Below are positions 26,601-41,600 of a stretch of DNA of 64,000 nucleotides, in pieces. The DNA lies in NCBI RefSeq assembly GCF_009914755.1, contig NC_060941.1; one strand, 5' to 3'. The notes under the pieces were generated by a model that worked only from the letters and a program-made list of their open reading frames with translations, did no database searches and was not told where the DNA came from. The position numbers were made by a program, and so were the translations under genes. Positions within the stretch are counted from its first letter, which is position 1. Every line of letters begins with the position of its first letter. This stretch comes from the human T2T-CHM13v2.0 reference genome, Homo sapiens.

Positions 26601-29600
26601 CAACTCACAGTGTGGAACCTTTCTTTGATAGTTCAGGTTTGAAACACTCTTTTTGTAGAAACTGCAAGGGGATAATTGCACTCTTTGAGGAGTACCGTAG
26701 TAAAGGAAATAACTTCCTATAAAAAGAAGACAGAAGCTTTCTCAGAAAATTCTTTGGGATGATTGAGTTGAACTCACAGAGCTGAGCATTCCTTGCGATG
26801 TAGCAGTTTAGAAACACACTTTCTGCAGAATCTGCAAGTGCATATTTGGACCTCTGTGAGGAATTCGTTGGAAACGGGATAATTTCAGCTGACTAAACAG
26901 AAGCAGTCTCAGAATCTTCTTTGTGATGTTTGCATTCAAATCCCCGAGTTGAACTTTCCTTTCAAAGTTCACGTTTGAAACACTCTTTTTGCAGGATCTA
27001 CAAGTGGATATTTGGACCACTCTGTGTCCTTCGATCGAAACGGGTGTATCTTCACATGACATCTAGACAGAAGCATCCTCAGAAGCTTCTCTGTGATGAC
27101 TGCATTCAACTCACGGAGTTGAACACTCCTTTTGAGAGCGCAGTTTTGAAACTCTCTTTCTGTGGCATCTGCAAGGGGACATGTAGACCTCTTTGAAGAT
27201 TTCGTTGGAAACGGAATCATCTTCACATAAAAACTACACAGATGCATTCTCAGGAACTTTTTGGTGATGTTTGTATTCAACTCCCAGAGTTGAACTTTCC
27301 TTTGGAAAGAGCAGCTATGAAACACTGTTTTTCTAGAATCTGCAAGTGGACGTTTGGAGGGCTTTGTGGTTTGTGGTGGAAAAGGAAATATCTTCACCTA
27401 AATACTAGATAGAAGCATTCTCAGAAACTGCTTTGTGATGATTGCATTCACCTCACAGAGTTGAACATTCCTATTGATAGAGCAGTTTGGAAACACTCTT
27501 GTTGTGGAATGTGCAAGTGGAGATTTGGAGCGCTTTGAGGCCTATGGTAGTAAAGGGAATAGCTTCATAGAAAAACTAGACAGAAGCATTCTCAGAAAAT
27601 ACTTTGTGATGATTGAGTTTAACTCACAGAGCTGAACATTCCTTTGGATGGAGCAGGTTTGAGACACACTTTTTGTAGAATCTACAAGTGGATATTTGGA
27701 CCTCTCTGAGGATTTCGTTGGAAACGGGATAACTGCACCTAACTAAACGGAAGCATTCTCAGAAACTTCTTGGTGATGTTTGCATTCAAATCCCAGAGTT
27801 GAACCTTCCTTTGATAGTTCAGGTTTGAAACACTCTTTTTGTAGGATCTGCAAGTGGATATTTGGACCACTCTGTGGCCTTCGTTCGAAACGGGTATATC
27901 TTCGCATAAAATCTAGACAGAAGCCTTCTCAGAAACTTCTCTGTGATGATTGCATTCAACTCACAGAGTTGAACCCTCCTATGGATAGAGCAGTGTTGAA
28001 ACTCTCTTTTTGTGGAATCTGCAAGTGGATACGTGGACCTCTCCGAAGATGTCTTTGGAAACGGGAATATCTTCACATAAAAACTAAACAGAAGCATTCT
28101 CAGAAACTTCTCTGTGATGTTTGTGTTCAACTCCCAGAGTTTCACATTGCTTTTCATAGAGTAGTTCTGAAACATGCTTTTCGTAGTGTCTACAAGTGGA
28201 CATTTGGAGCGCTTTCAGGCCTGTGGTGGAAAACGAATTATGGTCACATAAAAACTGGAGAGAAGCATTGTCAGAAACTTCTTTGTGATGATTGCATTCA
28301 ACTCACAGAGTTGAAGGTTCCTTTTCAAAGAGCAGTTTCCAATCACTCTTTCTGTGGAATCTGCAAGTGGATATTTGGACCTATTTTGAAGATTTCGTTG
28401 GAAACGGGAGAATCTTCACAGGAAAGCTAAACAGAAGCATTCTCAGAAACTTCTTTGTGATGCTTGCATTCAACTCACAGAGTTGAACTTTCCTTTCGAG
28501 AGAGAAGCTTTGAAACACTCTTTTTCCAGAATCTGCAAGTGGACATTTGGAGGGCTTTGAGGCCTGTGGTGGAAAAGGAATTATCTTCCCGTAAAAGCTA
28601 GATAGAAGCATTCTCAGAAACTACTTTGTGATGATTGCATTCAAGTCACAGAGTTGAACATTCCCTTTGACAGAGCAGTTTGGAAACTCTCTTTGTGTAG
28701 AATCTGCAAGTGGAGATATGGACCGCTTTGAGGCCTATGGTAGTAAAGGAAATAGCTTCATATAAAAGCTAGACAGTAGCATTCACAGAAAACTCTTGGT
28801 GACGACTGAGTTTAACTCACAGAGCTGAACATTCCTTTGGATGGAGCAGTTTCGAAACACACTATTTGTAGAATGTGCAAGTGGATATTTAGGCCTCTCT
28901 GAGGATTTCGTTGGAAACGGGATAAACCGCACAGAACTAAACAGAAGCATTCTCAGAACCTTCTTCGTGATGTTTGCATTCAACTCACAGTGTTGAACCT
29001 TTCTTTGATAGTTCAGGTTTGAAACGGTCTTTCTGTAGAAACTGCAAGTAGATATTTGGACCGCTCTGAGGATTTCGTTGGAAACGGGATAACCCGCACA
29101 GAACTAAAACAGAAGCATTCTCAGAACCCTCTTCGTGATGTTTGCATTCAACTCACAGTGCTGAACCTTTCTTTGATAGTTCAGCTTTGAAACACTCTTT
29201 TTGTAGAAACTGCAAGTGGATATTTGGTCCTCTCTGAGGATTTCGTTGGAAACGGGATAAACTGCACAGAACTAAACAGAAGCATTCTCAGAACCTTCTT
29301 CGTGATGTCTGCATTCAACTCACAGTGTGGAACCTTTCTTTGATAGTTCAGGTTTGAAACACTCTTTTTGTAGAAACTGCAAGGGGATAATTGCACTCTT
29401 TGAGGAGTACCGTAGTAAAGGAAATAACTTCCTATAAAAAGAAGACAGAAGCTTTCTCAGAAAATTCTTTGGGATGATTGAGTTGAACTCACAGAGCTGA
29501 GCATTCCTTGCGATGTAGCAGTTTAGAAACACACTTTCTGCAGAATCTGCAAGTGCATATTTGGACCTCTGTGAGGAATTCGTTGGAAACGGGATAATTT

Positions 29601-32600
29601 CAGCTGACTAAACAGAAGCAGTCTCAGAATCTTCTTTGTGATGTTTGCATTCAAATCCCCGAGTTGAACTTTCCTTTCAAAGTTCACGTTTGAAACACTC
29701 TTTTTGCAGGATCTACAAGTGGATATTTGGACCACTCTGTGTCCTTCGATCGAAACGGGTGTATCTTCACATGACATCTAGACAGAAGCATCCTCAGAAG
29801 CTTCTCTGTGATGACTGCATTCAACTCACGGAGTTGAACACTCCTTTTGAGAGCGCAGTTTTGAAACTCTCTTTCTGTGGCATCTGCAAGGGGACATGTA
29901 GACCTCTTTGAAGATTTCGTTGGAAACGGAATCATCTTCACATAAAAACTACACAGATGCATTCTCAGGAACTTTTTGGTGATGTTTGTATTCAACTCCC
30001 AGAGTTGAACTTTCCTTTGGAAAGAGCAGCTATGAAACACTGTTTTTCTAGAATCTGCAAGTGGACGTTTGGAGGGCTTTGTGGTTTGTGGTGGAAAAGG
30101 AAATATCTTCACCTAAATACTAGATAGAAGCATTCTCAGAAACTGCTTTGTGGTGATTGCATTCACCTCACAGAGTTGAACATTCCTATTGATAGAGCAG
30201 TTTGGAAACACTCTTGTTGTGGAATGTGCAAGTGGAGATTTGGAGCGCTTTGAGGCCTATGGTAGTAAAGGGAATAGCTTCATAGAAAAACTAGACAGAA
30301 GCATTCTCAGAAAATACTTTGTGATGATTGAGTTTAACTCACAGAGCTGAACATTCCTTTGGATGGAGCAGGTTTGAGACACACTTTTTGTAGAATCTAC
30401 AAGTGGATATTTGGACCTCTCTGAGGATTTCGTTGGAAACGGGATAACTGCACCTAACTAAACGGAAGCATTCTCAGAAACTTCTTGGTGATGTTTGCAT
30501 TCAAATCCCAGAGTTGAACCTTCCTTTGATAGTTCAGGTTTGAAACACTCTTTTTGTAGGATCTGCAAGTGGATATTTGGACCACTCTGTGGCCTTCGTT
30601 CGAAACGGGTATATCTTCGCATAAAATCTAGACAGAAGCCTTCTCAGAAACTTCTCTGTGATGATTGCATTCAACTCACAGAGTTGAACCCTCCTATGGA
30701 TAGAGCAGTGTTGAAACTCTCTTTTTGTGGAATCTGCAAGTGGATACGTGGACCTCTCCGAAGATGTCTTTGGAAACGGGAATATCTTCACATAAAAACT
30801 AAACAGAAGCATTCTCAGAAACTTCTCTGTGATGTTTGTGTTCAACTCCCAGAGTTTCACATTGCTTTTCATAGAGTAGTTCTGAAACATGCTTTTCGTA
30901 GTGTCTACAAGTGGACATTTGGAGCGCTTTCAGGCCTGTGGTGGAAAACGAATTATGGTCACATAAAAACTGGAGAGAAGCATTGTCAGAAACTTCTTTG
31001 TGATGATTGCATTCAACTCACAGAGTTGAAGGTTCCTTTTCAAAGAGCAGTTTCCAATCACTCTTTCTGTGGAATCTGCAAGTGGATATTTGGACCTATT
31101 TTGAAGATTTCGTTGGAAACGGGAGAATCTTCACAGGAAAGCTAAACAGAAGCATTCTCAGAAACTTCTTTGTGATGCTTGCATTCAACTCACAGAGTTG
31201 AACTTTCCTTTCGAGAGAGAAGCTTTGAAACACTCTTTTTCCAGAATCTGCAAGTGGACATTTGGAGGGCTTTGAGGCCTGTGGTGGAAAAGGAATTATC
31301 TTCCCGTAAAAGCTAGATAGAAGCATTCTCAGAAACTACTTTGTGATGATTGCATTCAAGTCACAGAGTTGAACATTCCCTTTGACAGAGCAGTTTGGAA
31401 ACTCTCTTTGTGTAGAATCTGCAAGTGGAGATATGGACCGCTTTGAGGCCTATGGTAGTAAAGGAAATAGCTTCATATAAAAGCTAGACAGTAGCATTCA
31501 CAGAAAACTCTTGGTGACGACTGAGTTTAACTCACAGAGCTGAACATTCCTTTGGATGGAGCAGTTTCGAAACACACTATTTGTAGAATGTGCAAGTGGA
31601 TATTTAGGCCTCTCTGAGGATTTCGTTGGAAACGGGATAAACCGCACAGAACTAAACAGAAGCATTCTCAGAACCTTCTTCGTGATGTTTGCATTCAACT
31701 CACAGTGTTGAACCTTTCTTTGATAGTTCAGGTTTGAAACGGTCTTTCTGCAGAAACTGCAAGTAGATATTTGGACCGCTCTGAGGATTTCGTTGGAAAC
31801 GGGATAACCCGCACAGAACTAAAACAGAAGCATTCTCAGAACCCTCTTCGTGATGTTTGCATTCAACTCACAGTGCTGAACCTTTCTTTGATAGTTCAGC
31901 TTTGAAACACTCTTTTTGTAGAAACTGCAAGTGGATATTTGGTCCTCTCTGAGGATTTCGTTGGAAACGGGATAAACTGCACAGAACTAAACAGAAGCAT
32001 TCTCAGAACCTTCTTCGTGATGTCTGCATTCAACTCACAGTGTGGAACCTTTCTTTGATAGTTCAGGTTTGAAACACTCTTTTTGTAGAAACTGCAAGGG
32101 GATAATTGCACTCTTTGAGGAGTACCGTAGTAAAGGAAATAACTTCCTATAAAAAGAAGACAGAAGCTTTCTCAGAAAATTCTTTGGGATGATTGAGTTG
32201 AACTCACAGAGCTGAGCATTCCTTGCGATGTAGCAGTTTAGAAACACACTTTCTGCAGAATCTGCAAGTGCATATTTGGACCTCTGTGAGGAATTCGTTG
32301 GAAACGGGATAATTTCAGCTGACTAAACAGAAGCAGTCTCAGAATCTTCTTTGTGATGTTTGCATTCAAATCCCCGAGTTGAACTTTCCTTTCAAAGTTC
32401 ACGTTTGAAACACTCTTTTTGCAGGATCTACAAGTGGATATTTGGACCACTCTGTGTCCTTCGATCGAAACGGGTATATCTTCACATGACATCTAGACAG
32501 AAGCATCCTCAGAAGCTTCTCTGTGATGACTGCATTCAACTCACGGAGTTGAACACTCCTTTTGAGAGCGCAGTTTTGAAACTCTCTTTCTGTGGCATCT

Positions 32601-35600
32601 GCAAGGGGACATGTAGACCTCTTTGAAGATTTCGTTGGAAACGGAATCATCTTCACATAAAAACTACACAGATGCATTCTCAGGAACTTTTTGGTGATGT
32701 TTGTATTCAACTCCCAGAGTTGAACTTTCCTTTGGAAAGAGCAGCTATGAAACACTGTTTTTCTAGAATCTGCAAGTGGACGTTTGGAGGGCTTTGTGGT
32801 TTGTGGTGGAAAAGGAAATATCTTCACCTAAATACTAGATAGAAGCATTCTCAGAAACTGCTTTGTGATGATTGCATTCACCTCACAGAGTTGAACATTC
32901 CTATTGATAGAGCAGTTTGGAAACACTCTTGTTGTGGAATGTGCAAGTGGAGATTTGGAGCGCTTTGAGGCCTATGGTAGTAAAGGGAATAGCTTCATAG
33001 AAAAACTAGACAGAAGCATTCTCAGAAAATACTTTGTGATGATTGAGTTTAACTCACAGAGCTGAACATTCCTTTGGATGGAGCAGGTTTGAGACACACT
33101 TTTTGTAGAATCTACAAGTGGATATTTGGACCTCTCTGAGGATTTCGTTGGAAACGGGATAACTGCACCTAACTAAACGGAAGCATTCTCAGAAACTTCT
33201 TGGTGATGTTTGCATTCAAATCCCAGAGTTGAACCTTCCTTTGATAGTTCAGGTTTGAAACACTCTTTTTGTAGGATCTGCAAGTGGATATTTGGACCAC
33301 TCTGTGGCCTTCGTTCGAAACGGGTATATCTTCGCATAAAATCTAGACAGAAGCCTTCTCAGAAACTTCTCTGTGATGATTGCATTCAACTCACAGAGTT
33401 GAACCCTCCTATGGATAGAGCAGTGTTGAAACTCTCTTTTTGTGGAATCTGCAAGTGGATACGTGGACCTCTCCGAAGATGTCTTTGGAAACGGGAATAT
33501 CTTCACATAAAAACTAAACAGAAGCATTCTCAGAAACTTCTCTGTGATGTTTGTGTTCAACTCCCAGAGTTTCACATTGCTTTTCATAGAGTAGTTCTGA
33601 AACATGCTTTTCGTAGTGTCTACAAGTGGACATTTGGAGCGCTTTCAGGCCTGTGGTGGAAAACGAATTATGGTCACATAAAAACTGGAGAGAAGCATTG
33701 TCAGAAACTTCTTTGTGATGATTGCATTCAACTCACAGAGTTGAAGGTTCCTTTTCAAAGAGCAGTTTCCAATCACTCTTTCTGTGGAATCTGCAAGTGG
33801 ATATTTGGACCTATTTTGAAGATTTCGTTGGAAACGGGAGAATCTTCACAGGAAAGCTAAACAGAAGCATTCTCAGAAACTTCTTTGTGATGCTTGCATT
33901 CAACTCACAGAGTTGAACTTTCCTTTCGAGAGAGAAGCTTTGAAACACTCTTTTTCCAGAATCTGCAAGTGGACATTTGGAGGGCTTTGAGGCCTGTGGT
34001 GGAAAAGGAATTATCTTCCCGTAAAAGCTAGATAGAAGCATTCTCAGAAACTACTTTGTGATGATTGCATTCAAGTCACAGAGTTGAACATTCCCTTTGA
34101 CAGAGCAGTTTGGAAACTCTCTTTGTGTAGAATCTGCAAGTGGAGATATGGACCGCTTTGAGGCCTATGGTAGTAAAGGAAATAGCTTCATATAAAAGCT
34201 AGACAGTAGCATTCACAGAAAACTCTTGGTGACGACTGAGTTTAACTCACAGAGCTGAACATTCCTTTGGATGGAGCAGTTTCGAAACACACTATTTGTA
34301 GAATGTGCAAGTGGATATTTAGGCCTCTCTGAGGATTTCGTTGGAAACGGGATAAACCGCACAGAACTAAACAGAAGCATTCTCAGAACCTTCTTCGTGA
34401 TGTTTGCATTCAACTCACAGTGTTGAACCTTTCTTTGATAGTTCAGGTTTGAAACGGTCTTTCTGCAGAAACTGCAAGTAGATATTTGGACCGCTCTGAG
34501 GATTTCGTTGGAAACGGGATAACCCGCACAGAACTAAAACAGAAGCATTCTCAGAACCCTCTTCGTGATGTTTGCATTCAACTCACAGTGCTGAACCTTT
34601 CTTTGATAGTTCAGCTTTGAAACACTCTTTTTGTAGAAACTGCAAGTGGATATTTGGTCCTCTCTGAGGATTTCGTTGGAAACGGGATAAACTGCACAGA
34701 ACTAAACAGAAGCATTCTCAGAACCTTCTTCGTGATGTCTGCATTCAACTCACAGTGTGGAACCTTTCTTTGATAGTTCAGGTTTGAAACACTCTTTTTG
34801 TAGAAACTGCAAGGGGATAATTGCACTCTTTGAGGAGTACCGTAGTAAAGGAAATAACTTCCTATAAAAAGAAGACAGAAGCTTTCTCAGAAAATTCTTT
34901 GGGATGATTGAGTTGAACTCACAGAGCTGAGCATTCCTTGCGATGTAGCAGTTTAGAAACACACTTTCTGCAGAATCTGCAAGTGCATATTTGGACCTCT
35001 TTGAGGAATTCGTTGGAAACGGGATAATTTCAGCTGACTAAACAGAAGCAGTCTCAGAATCTTCTTTGTGATGTTTGCATTCAAATCCCCGAGTTGAACT
35101 TTCCTTTCAAAGTTCACGTTTGAAACACTCTTTTTGCAGGATCTACAAGTGGATATTTGGACCACTCTGTGTCCTTCGATCGAAACGGGTATATCTTCAC
35201 ATGACATCTAGACAGAAGCATCCTCAGAAGCTTCTCTGTGATGACTGCATTCAACTCACGGAGTTGAACACTCCTTTTGAGAGCGCAGTTTTGAAACTCT
35301 CTTTCTGTGGCATCTGCAAGGGGACATGTAGACCTCTTTGAAGATTTCGTTGGAAACGGAATCATCTTCACATAAAAACTACACAGATGCATTCTCAGGA
35401 ACTTTTTGGTGATGTTTGTATTCAACTCCCAGAGTTGAACTTTCCTTTGGAAAGAGCAGCTATGAAACACTGTTTTTCTAGAATCTGCAAGTGGACGTTT
35501 GGAGGGCTTTGTGGTTTGTGGTGGAAAAGGAAATATCTTCACCTAAATACTAGATAGAAGCATTCTCAGAAACTGCTTTGTGATGATTGCATTCACCTCA

Positions 35601-38600
35601 CAGAGTTGAACATTCCTATTGATAGAGCAGTTTGGAAACACTCTTGTTGTGGAATGTGCAAGTGGAGATTTGGAGCGCTTTGAGGCCTATGGTAGTAAAG
35701 GGAATAGCTTCATAGAAAAACTAGACAGAAGCATTCTCAGAAAATACTTTGTGATGATTGAGTTTAACTCACAGAGCTGAACATTCCTTTGGATGGAGCA
35801 GGTTTGAGACACACTTTTTGTAGAATCTACAAGTGGATATTTGGACCTCTCTGAGGATTTCGTTGGAAACGGGATAACTGCACCTAACTAAACGGAAGCA
35901 TTCTCAGAAACTTCTTGGTGATGTTTGCATTCAAATCCCAGAGTTGAACCTTCCTTTGATAGTTCAGGTTTGAAACACTCTTTTTGTAGGATCTGCAAGT
36001 GGATATTTGGACCACTCTGTGGCCTTCGTTCGAAACGGGTATATCTTCGCATAAAATCTAGACAGAAGCCTTCTCAGAAACTTCTCTGTGATGATTGCAT
36101 TCAACTCACAGAGTTGAACCCTCCTATGGATAGAGCAGTGTTGAAACTCTCTTTTTGTGGAATCTGCAAGTGGATACGTGGACCTCTCCGAAGATGTCTT
36201 TGGAAACGGGAATATCTTCACATAAAAACTAAACAGAAGCATTCTCAGAAACTTCTCTGTGATGTTTGTGTTCAACTCCCAGAGTTTCACATTGCTTTTC
36301 ATAGAGTAGTTCTGAAACATGCTTTTCGTAGTGTCTACAAGTGGACATTTGGAGCGCTTTCAGGCCTGTGGTGGAAAACGAATTATGGTCACATAAAAAC
36401 TGGAGAGAAGCATTGTCAGAAACTTCTTTGTGATGATTGCATTCAACTCACAGAGTTGAAGGTTCCTTTTCAAAGAGCAGTTTCCAATCACTCTTTCTGT
36501 GGAATCTGCAAGTGGATATTTGGACCTATTTTGAAGATTTCGTTGGAAACGGGAGAATCTTCACAGGAAAGCTAAACAGAAGCATTCTCAGAAACTTCTT
36601 TGTGATGCTTGCATTCAACTCACAGAGTTGAACTTTCCTTTCGAGAGAGAAGCTTTGAAACACTCTTTTTCCAGAATCTGCAAGTGGACATTTGGAGGGC
36701 TTTGAGGCCTGTGGTGGAAAAGGAATTATCTTCCCGTAAAAGCTAGATAGAAGCATTCTCAGAAACTACTTTGTGATGATTGCATTCAAGTCACAGAGTT
36801 GAACATTCCCTTTGACAGAGCAGTTTGGAAACTCTCTTTGTGTAGAATCTGCAAGTGGAGATATGGACCGCTTTGAGGCCTATGGTAGTAAAGGAAATAG
36901 CTTCATATAAAAGCTAGACAGTAGCATTCACAGAAAACTCTTGGTGACGACTGAGTTTAACTCACAGAGCTGAACATTCCTTTGGATGGAGCAGTTTCGA
37001 AACACACTATTTGTAGAATGTGCAAGTGGATATTTAGGCCTCTCTGAGGATTTCGTTGGAAACGGGATAAACCGCACAGAACTAAACAGAAGCATTCTCA
37101 GAACCTTCTTCGTGATGTTTGCATTCAACTCACAGTGTTGAACCTTTCTTTGATAGTTCAGGTTTGAAACGGTCTTTCTGTAGAAACTGCAAGTAGATAT
37201 TTGGACCTCTCTGAGGATTTCGTTGGAAACGGGATAACCCGCACAGAACTAAAACAGAAGCATTCTCAGAACCCTCTTCGTGATGTTTGCATTCAACTCA
37301 CAGTGCTGAACCTTTCTTTGATAGTTCAGCTTTGAAACACTCTTTTTGTAGAAACTGCAAGTGGATATTTGGTCCTCTCTGAGGAATTCGTTGGAAACGG
37401 GATAAACTGCACAGAACTAAACAGAAGCATTCTCAGAACCTTCTTCGTGATGTCTGCATTCAACTCACAGTGTGGAACCTTTCTTTGATAGTTCAGGTTT
37501 GAAACACTCTTTTTGTAGAAACTGCAAGGGGATAATTGCACTCTTTGAGGAGTACCGTAGTAAAGGAAATAACTTCCTATAAAAAGAAGACAGAAGCTTT
37601 CTCAGAAAATTCTTTGGGATGATTGAGTTGAACTCACAGAGCTGAGCATTCCTTGCGATGTAGCAGTTTAGAAACACACTTTCTGCAGAATCTGCAAGTG
37701 CATATTTGGACCTCTGTGAGGAATTCGTTGGAAACGGGATAATTTCAGCTGACTAAACAGAAGCAGTCTCAGAATCTTCTTTGTGATGTTTGCATTCAAA
37801 TCCCCGAGTTGAACTTTCCTTTCAAAGTTCACGTTTGAAACACTCTTTTTGCAGGATCTACAAGTGGATATTTGGACCACTCTGTGTCCTTCGATCGAAA
37901 CGGGTATATCTTCACATGACATCTAGACAGAAGCATCCTCAGAAGCTTCTCTGTGATGACTGCATTCAACTCACGGAGTTGAACACTCCTTTTGAGAGCG
38001 CAGTTTTGAAACTCTCTTTCTGTGGCATCTGCAAGGGGACATGTAGACCTCTTTGAAGATTTCGTTGGAAACGGAATCATCTTCACATAAAAACTACACA
38101 GATGCATTCTCAGGAACTTTTTGGTGATGTTTGTATTCAACTCCCAGAGTTGAACTTTCCTTTGGAAAGAGCAGCTATGAAACACTCTTTTTCTAGAATC
38201 TGCAAGTGGACGTTTGGAGGGCTTTGTGGTTTGTGGTGGAAAAGGAAATATCTTCACCTAAATACTAGATAGAAGCATTCTCAGAAACTGCTTTGTGATG
38301 ATTGCATTCACCTCACAGAGTTGAACATTCCTATTGATAGAGCAGTTTGGAAACACTCTTGTTGTGGAATGTGCAAGTGGAGATTTGGAGCGCTTTGAGG
38401 CCTATGGTAGTAAAGGGAATAGCTTCATAGAAAAACTAGACAGAAGCATTCTCAGAAAATACTTTGTGATGATTGAGTTTAACTCACAGAGCTGAACATT
38501 CCTTTGGATGGAGCAGGTTTGAGACACACTTTTTGTAGAATCTACAAGTGGATATTTGGACCTCTCTGAGGATTTCGTTGGAAACGGGATAACTGCACCT

Positions 38601-41600
38601 AACTAAACGGAAGCATTCTCAGAAACTTCTTGGTGATGTTTGCATTCAAATCCCAGAGTTGAACCTTCCTTTGATAGTTCAGGTTTGAAACACTCTTTTT
38701 GTAGGATCTGCAAGTGGATATTTGGACCACTCTGTGGCCTTCGTTCGAAACGGGTATATCTTCGCATAAAATCTAGACAGAAGCCTTCTCAGAAACTTCT
38801 CTGTGATGATTGCATTCAACTCACAGAGTTGAACCCTCCTATGGATAGAGCAGTGTTGAAACTCTCTTTTTGTGGAATCTGCAAGTGGATACGTGGACCT
38901 CTCCGAAGATGTCTTTGGAAACGGGAATATCTTCACATAAAAACTAAACAGAAGCATTCTCAGAAACTTCTCTGTGATGTTTGTGTTCAACTCCCAGAGT
39001 TTCACATTGCTTTTCATAGAGTAGTTCTGAAACATGCTTTTCGTAGTGTCTACAAGTGGACATTTGGAGCGCTTTCAGGCCTGTGGTGGAAAACGAATTA
39101 TGGTCACATAAAAACTGGAGAGAAGCATTGTCAGAAACTTCTTTGTGATGATTGCATTCAACTCACAGAGTTGAAGGTTCCTTTTCAAAGAGCAGTTTCC
39201 AATCACTCTTTCTGTGGAATCTGCAAGTGGATATTTGGACCTATTTTGAAGATTTCGTTGGAAACGGGAGAATCTTCACAGGAAAGCTAAACAGAAGCAT
39301 TCTCAGAAACTTCTTTGTGATGCTTGCATTCAACTCACAGAGTTGAACTTTCCTTTCGAGAGAGAAGCTTTGAAACACTCTTTTTCCAGAATCTGCAAGT
39401 GGACATTTGGAGGGCTTTGAGGCCTGTGGTGGAAAAGGAATTATCTTCCCGTAAAAGCTAGATAGAAGCATTCTCAGAAACTACTTTGTGATGATTGCAT
39501 TCAAGTCACAGAGTTGAACATTCCCTTTGACAGAGCAGTTTGGAAACTCTCTTTGTGTAGAATCTGCAAGTGGAGATATGGACCGCTTTGAGGCCTATGG
39601 TAGTAAAGGAAATAGCTTCATATAAAAGCTAGACAGTAGCATTCACAGAAAACTCTTGGTGACGACTGAGTTTAACTCACAGAGCTGAACATTCCTTTGG
39701 ATGGAGCAGTTTCGAAACACACTATTTGTAGAATGTGCAAGTGGATATTTAGGCCTCTCTGAGGATTTCGTTGGAAACGGGATAAACCGCACAGAACTAA
39801 ACAGAAGCATTCTCAGAACCTTCTTCGTGATGTTTGCATTCAACTCACAGTGTTGAACCTTTCTTTGATAGTTCAGGTTTGAAACGGTCTTTCTGCAGAA
39901 ACTGCAAGTAGATATTTGGACCTCTCTGAGGATTTCGTTGGAAACGGGATACCCCGCACAGAACTAAAACAGAAGCATTCTCAGAACCCTCTTCGTGATG
40001 TTTGCATTCAACTCACAGTGCTGAACCTTTCTTTGATAGTTCAGCTTTGAAACACTCTTTTTGTAGAAACTGCAAGTGGATATTTGGTCCTCTCTGAGGA
40101 TTTCGTTGGAAACGGGATAAACTGCACAGAACTAAACAGAAGCATTCTCAGAACCTTCTTCGTGATGTCTGCATTCAACTCACAGTGTGGAACCTTTCTT
40201 TGATAGTTCAGGTTTGAAACACTCTTTTTGTAGAAACTGCAAGGGGATAATTGCACTCTTTGAGGAGTACCGTAGTAAAGGAAATAACTTCCTATAAAAA
40301 GAAGACAGAAGCTTTCTCAGAAAATTCTTTGGGATGATTGAGTTGAACTCACAGAGCTGAGCATTCCTTGCGATGTAGCAGTTTAGAAACACACTTTCTG
40401 CAGAATCTGCAAGTGCATATTTGGACCTCTGTGAGGAATTCGTTGGAAACGGGATAATTTCAGCTGACTAAACAGAAGCAGTCTCAGAATCTTCTTTGTG
40501 ATGTTTGCATTCAAATCCCCGAGTTGAACTTTCCTTTCAAAGTTCACGTTTGAAACACTCTTTTTGCAGGATCTACAAGTGGATATTTGGACCACTCTGT
40601 GTCCTTCGATCGAAACGGGTATATCTTCACATGACATCTAGACAGAAGCATCCTCAGAAGCTTCTCTGTGATGACTGCATTCAACTCACGGAGTTGAACA
40701 CTCCTTTTGAGAGCGCAGTTTTGAAACTCTCTTTCTGTGGCATCTGCAAGGGGACATGTAGACCTCTTTGAAGATTTCGTTGGAAACGGAATCATCTTCA
40801 CATAAAAACTATACAGATGCATTCTCAGGAACTTTTTGGTGATGTTTGTATTCAACTCCCAGAGTTGAACTTTCCTTTGGAAAGAGCAGCTATGAAACAC
40901 TCTTTTTCTAGAATCTGCAAGTGGACGTTTGGAGGGCTTTGTGGTTTGTGGTGGAAAAGGAAATATCTTCACCTAAATACTAGATAGAAGCATTCTCAGA
41001 AACTGCTTTGTGATGATTGCATTCACCTCACAGAGTTGAACATTCCTATTGATAGAGCAGTTTGGAAACACTCTTGTTGTGGAATGTGCAAGTGGAGATT
41101 TGGAGCGCTTTGAGGCCTATGGTAGTAAAGGGAATAGCTTCATAGAAAAACTAGACAGAAGCATTCTCAGAAAATACTTTGTGATGATTGAGTTTAACTC
41201 ACAGAGCTGAACATTCCTTTGGATGGAGCAGGTTTGAGACACACTTTTTGTAGAATCTACAAGTGGATATTTGGACCTCTCTGAGGATTTCGTTGGAAAC
41301 GGGATAACTGCACCTAACTAAACGGAAGCATTCTCAGAAACTTCTTGGTGATGTTTGCATTCAAATCCCAGAGTTGAACCTTCCTTTGATAGTTCAGGTT
41401 TGAAACACTCTTTTTGTAGGATCTGCAAGTGGATATTTGGACCACTCTGTGGCCTTCGTTCGAAACGGGTATATCTTCGCATAAAATCTAGACAGAAGCC
41501 TTCTCAGAAACTTCTCTGTGATGATTGCATTCAACTCACAGAGTTGAACCCTCCTATGGATAGAGCAGTGTTGAAACTCTCTTTTTGTGGAATCTGCAAG

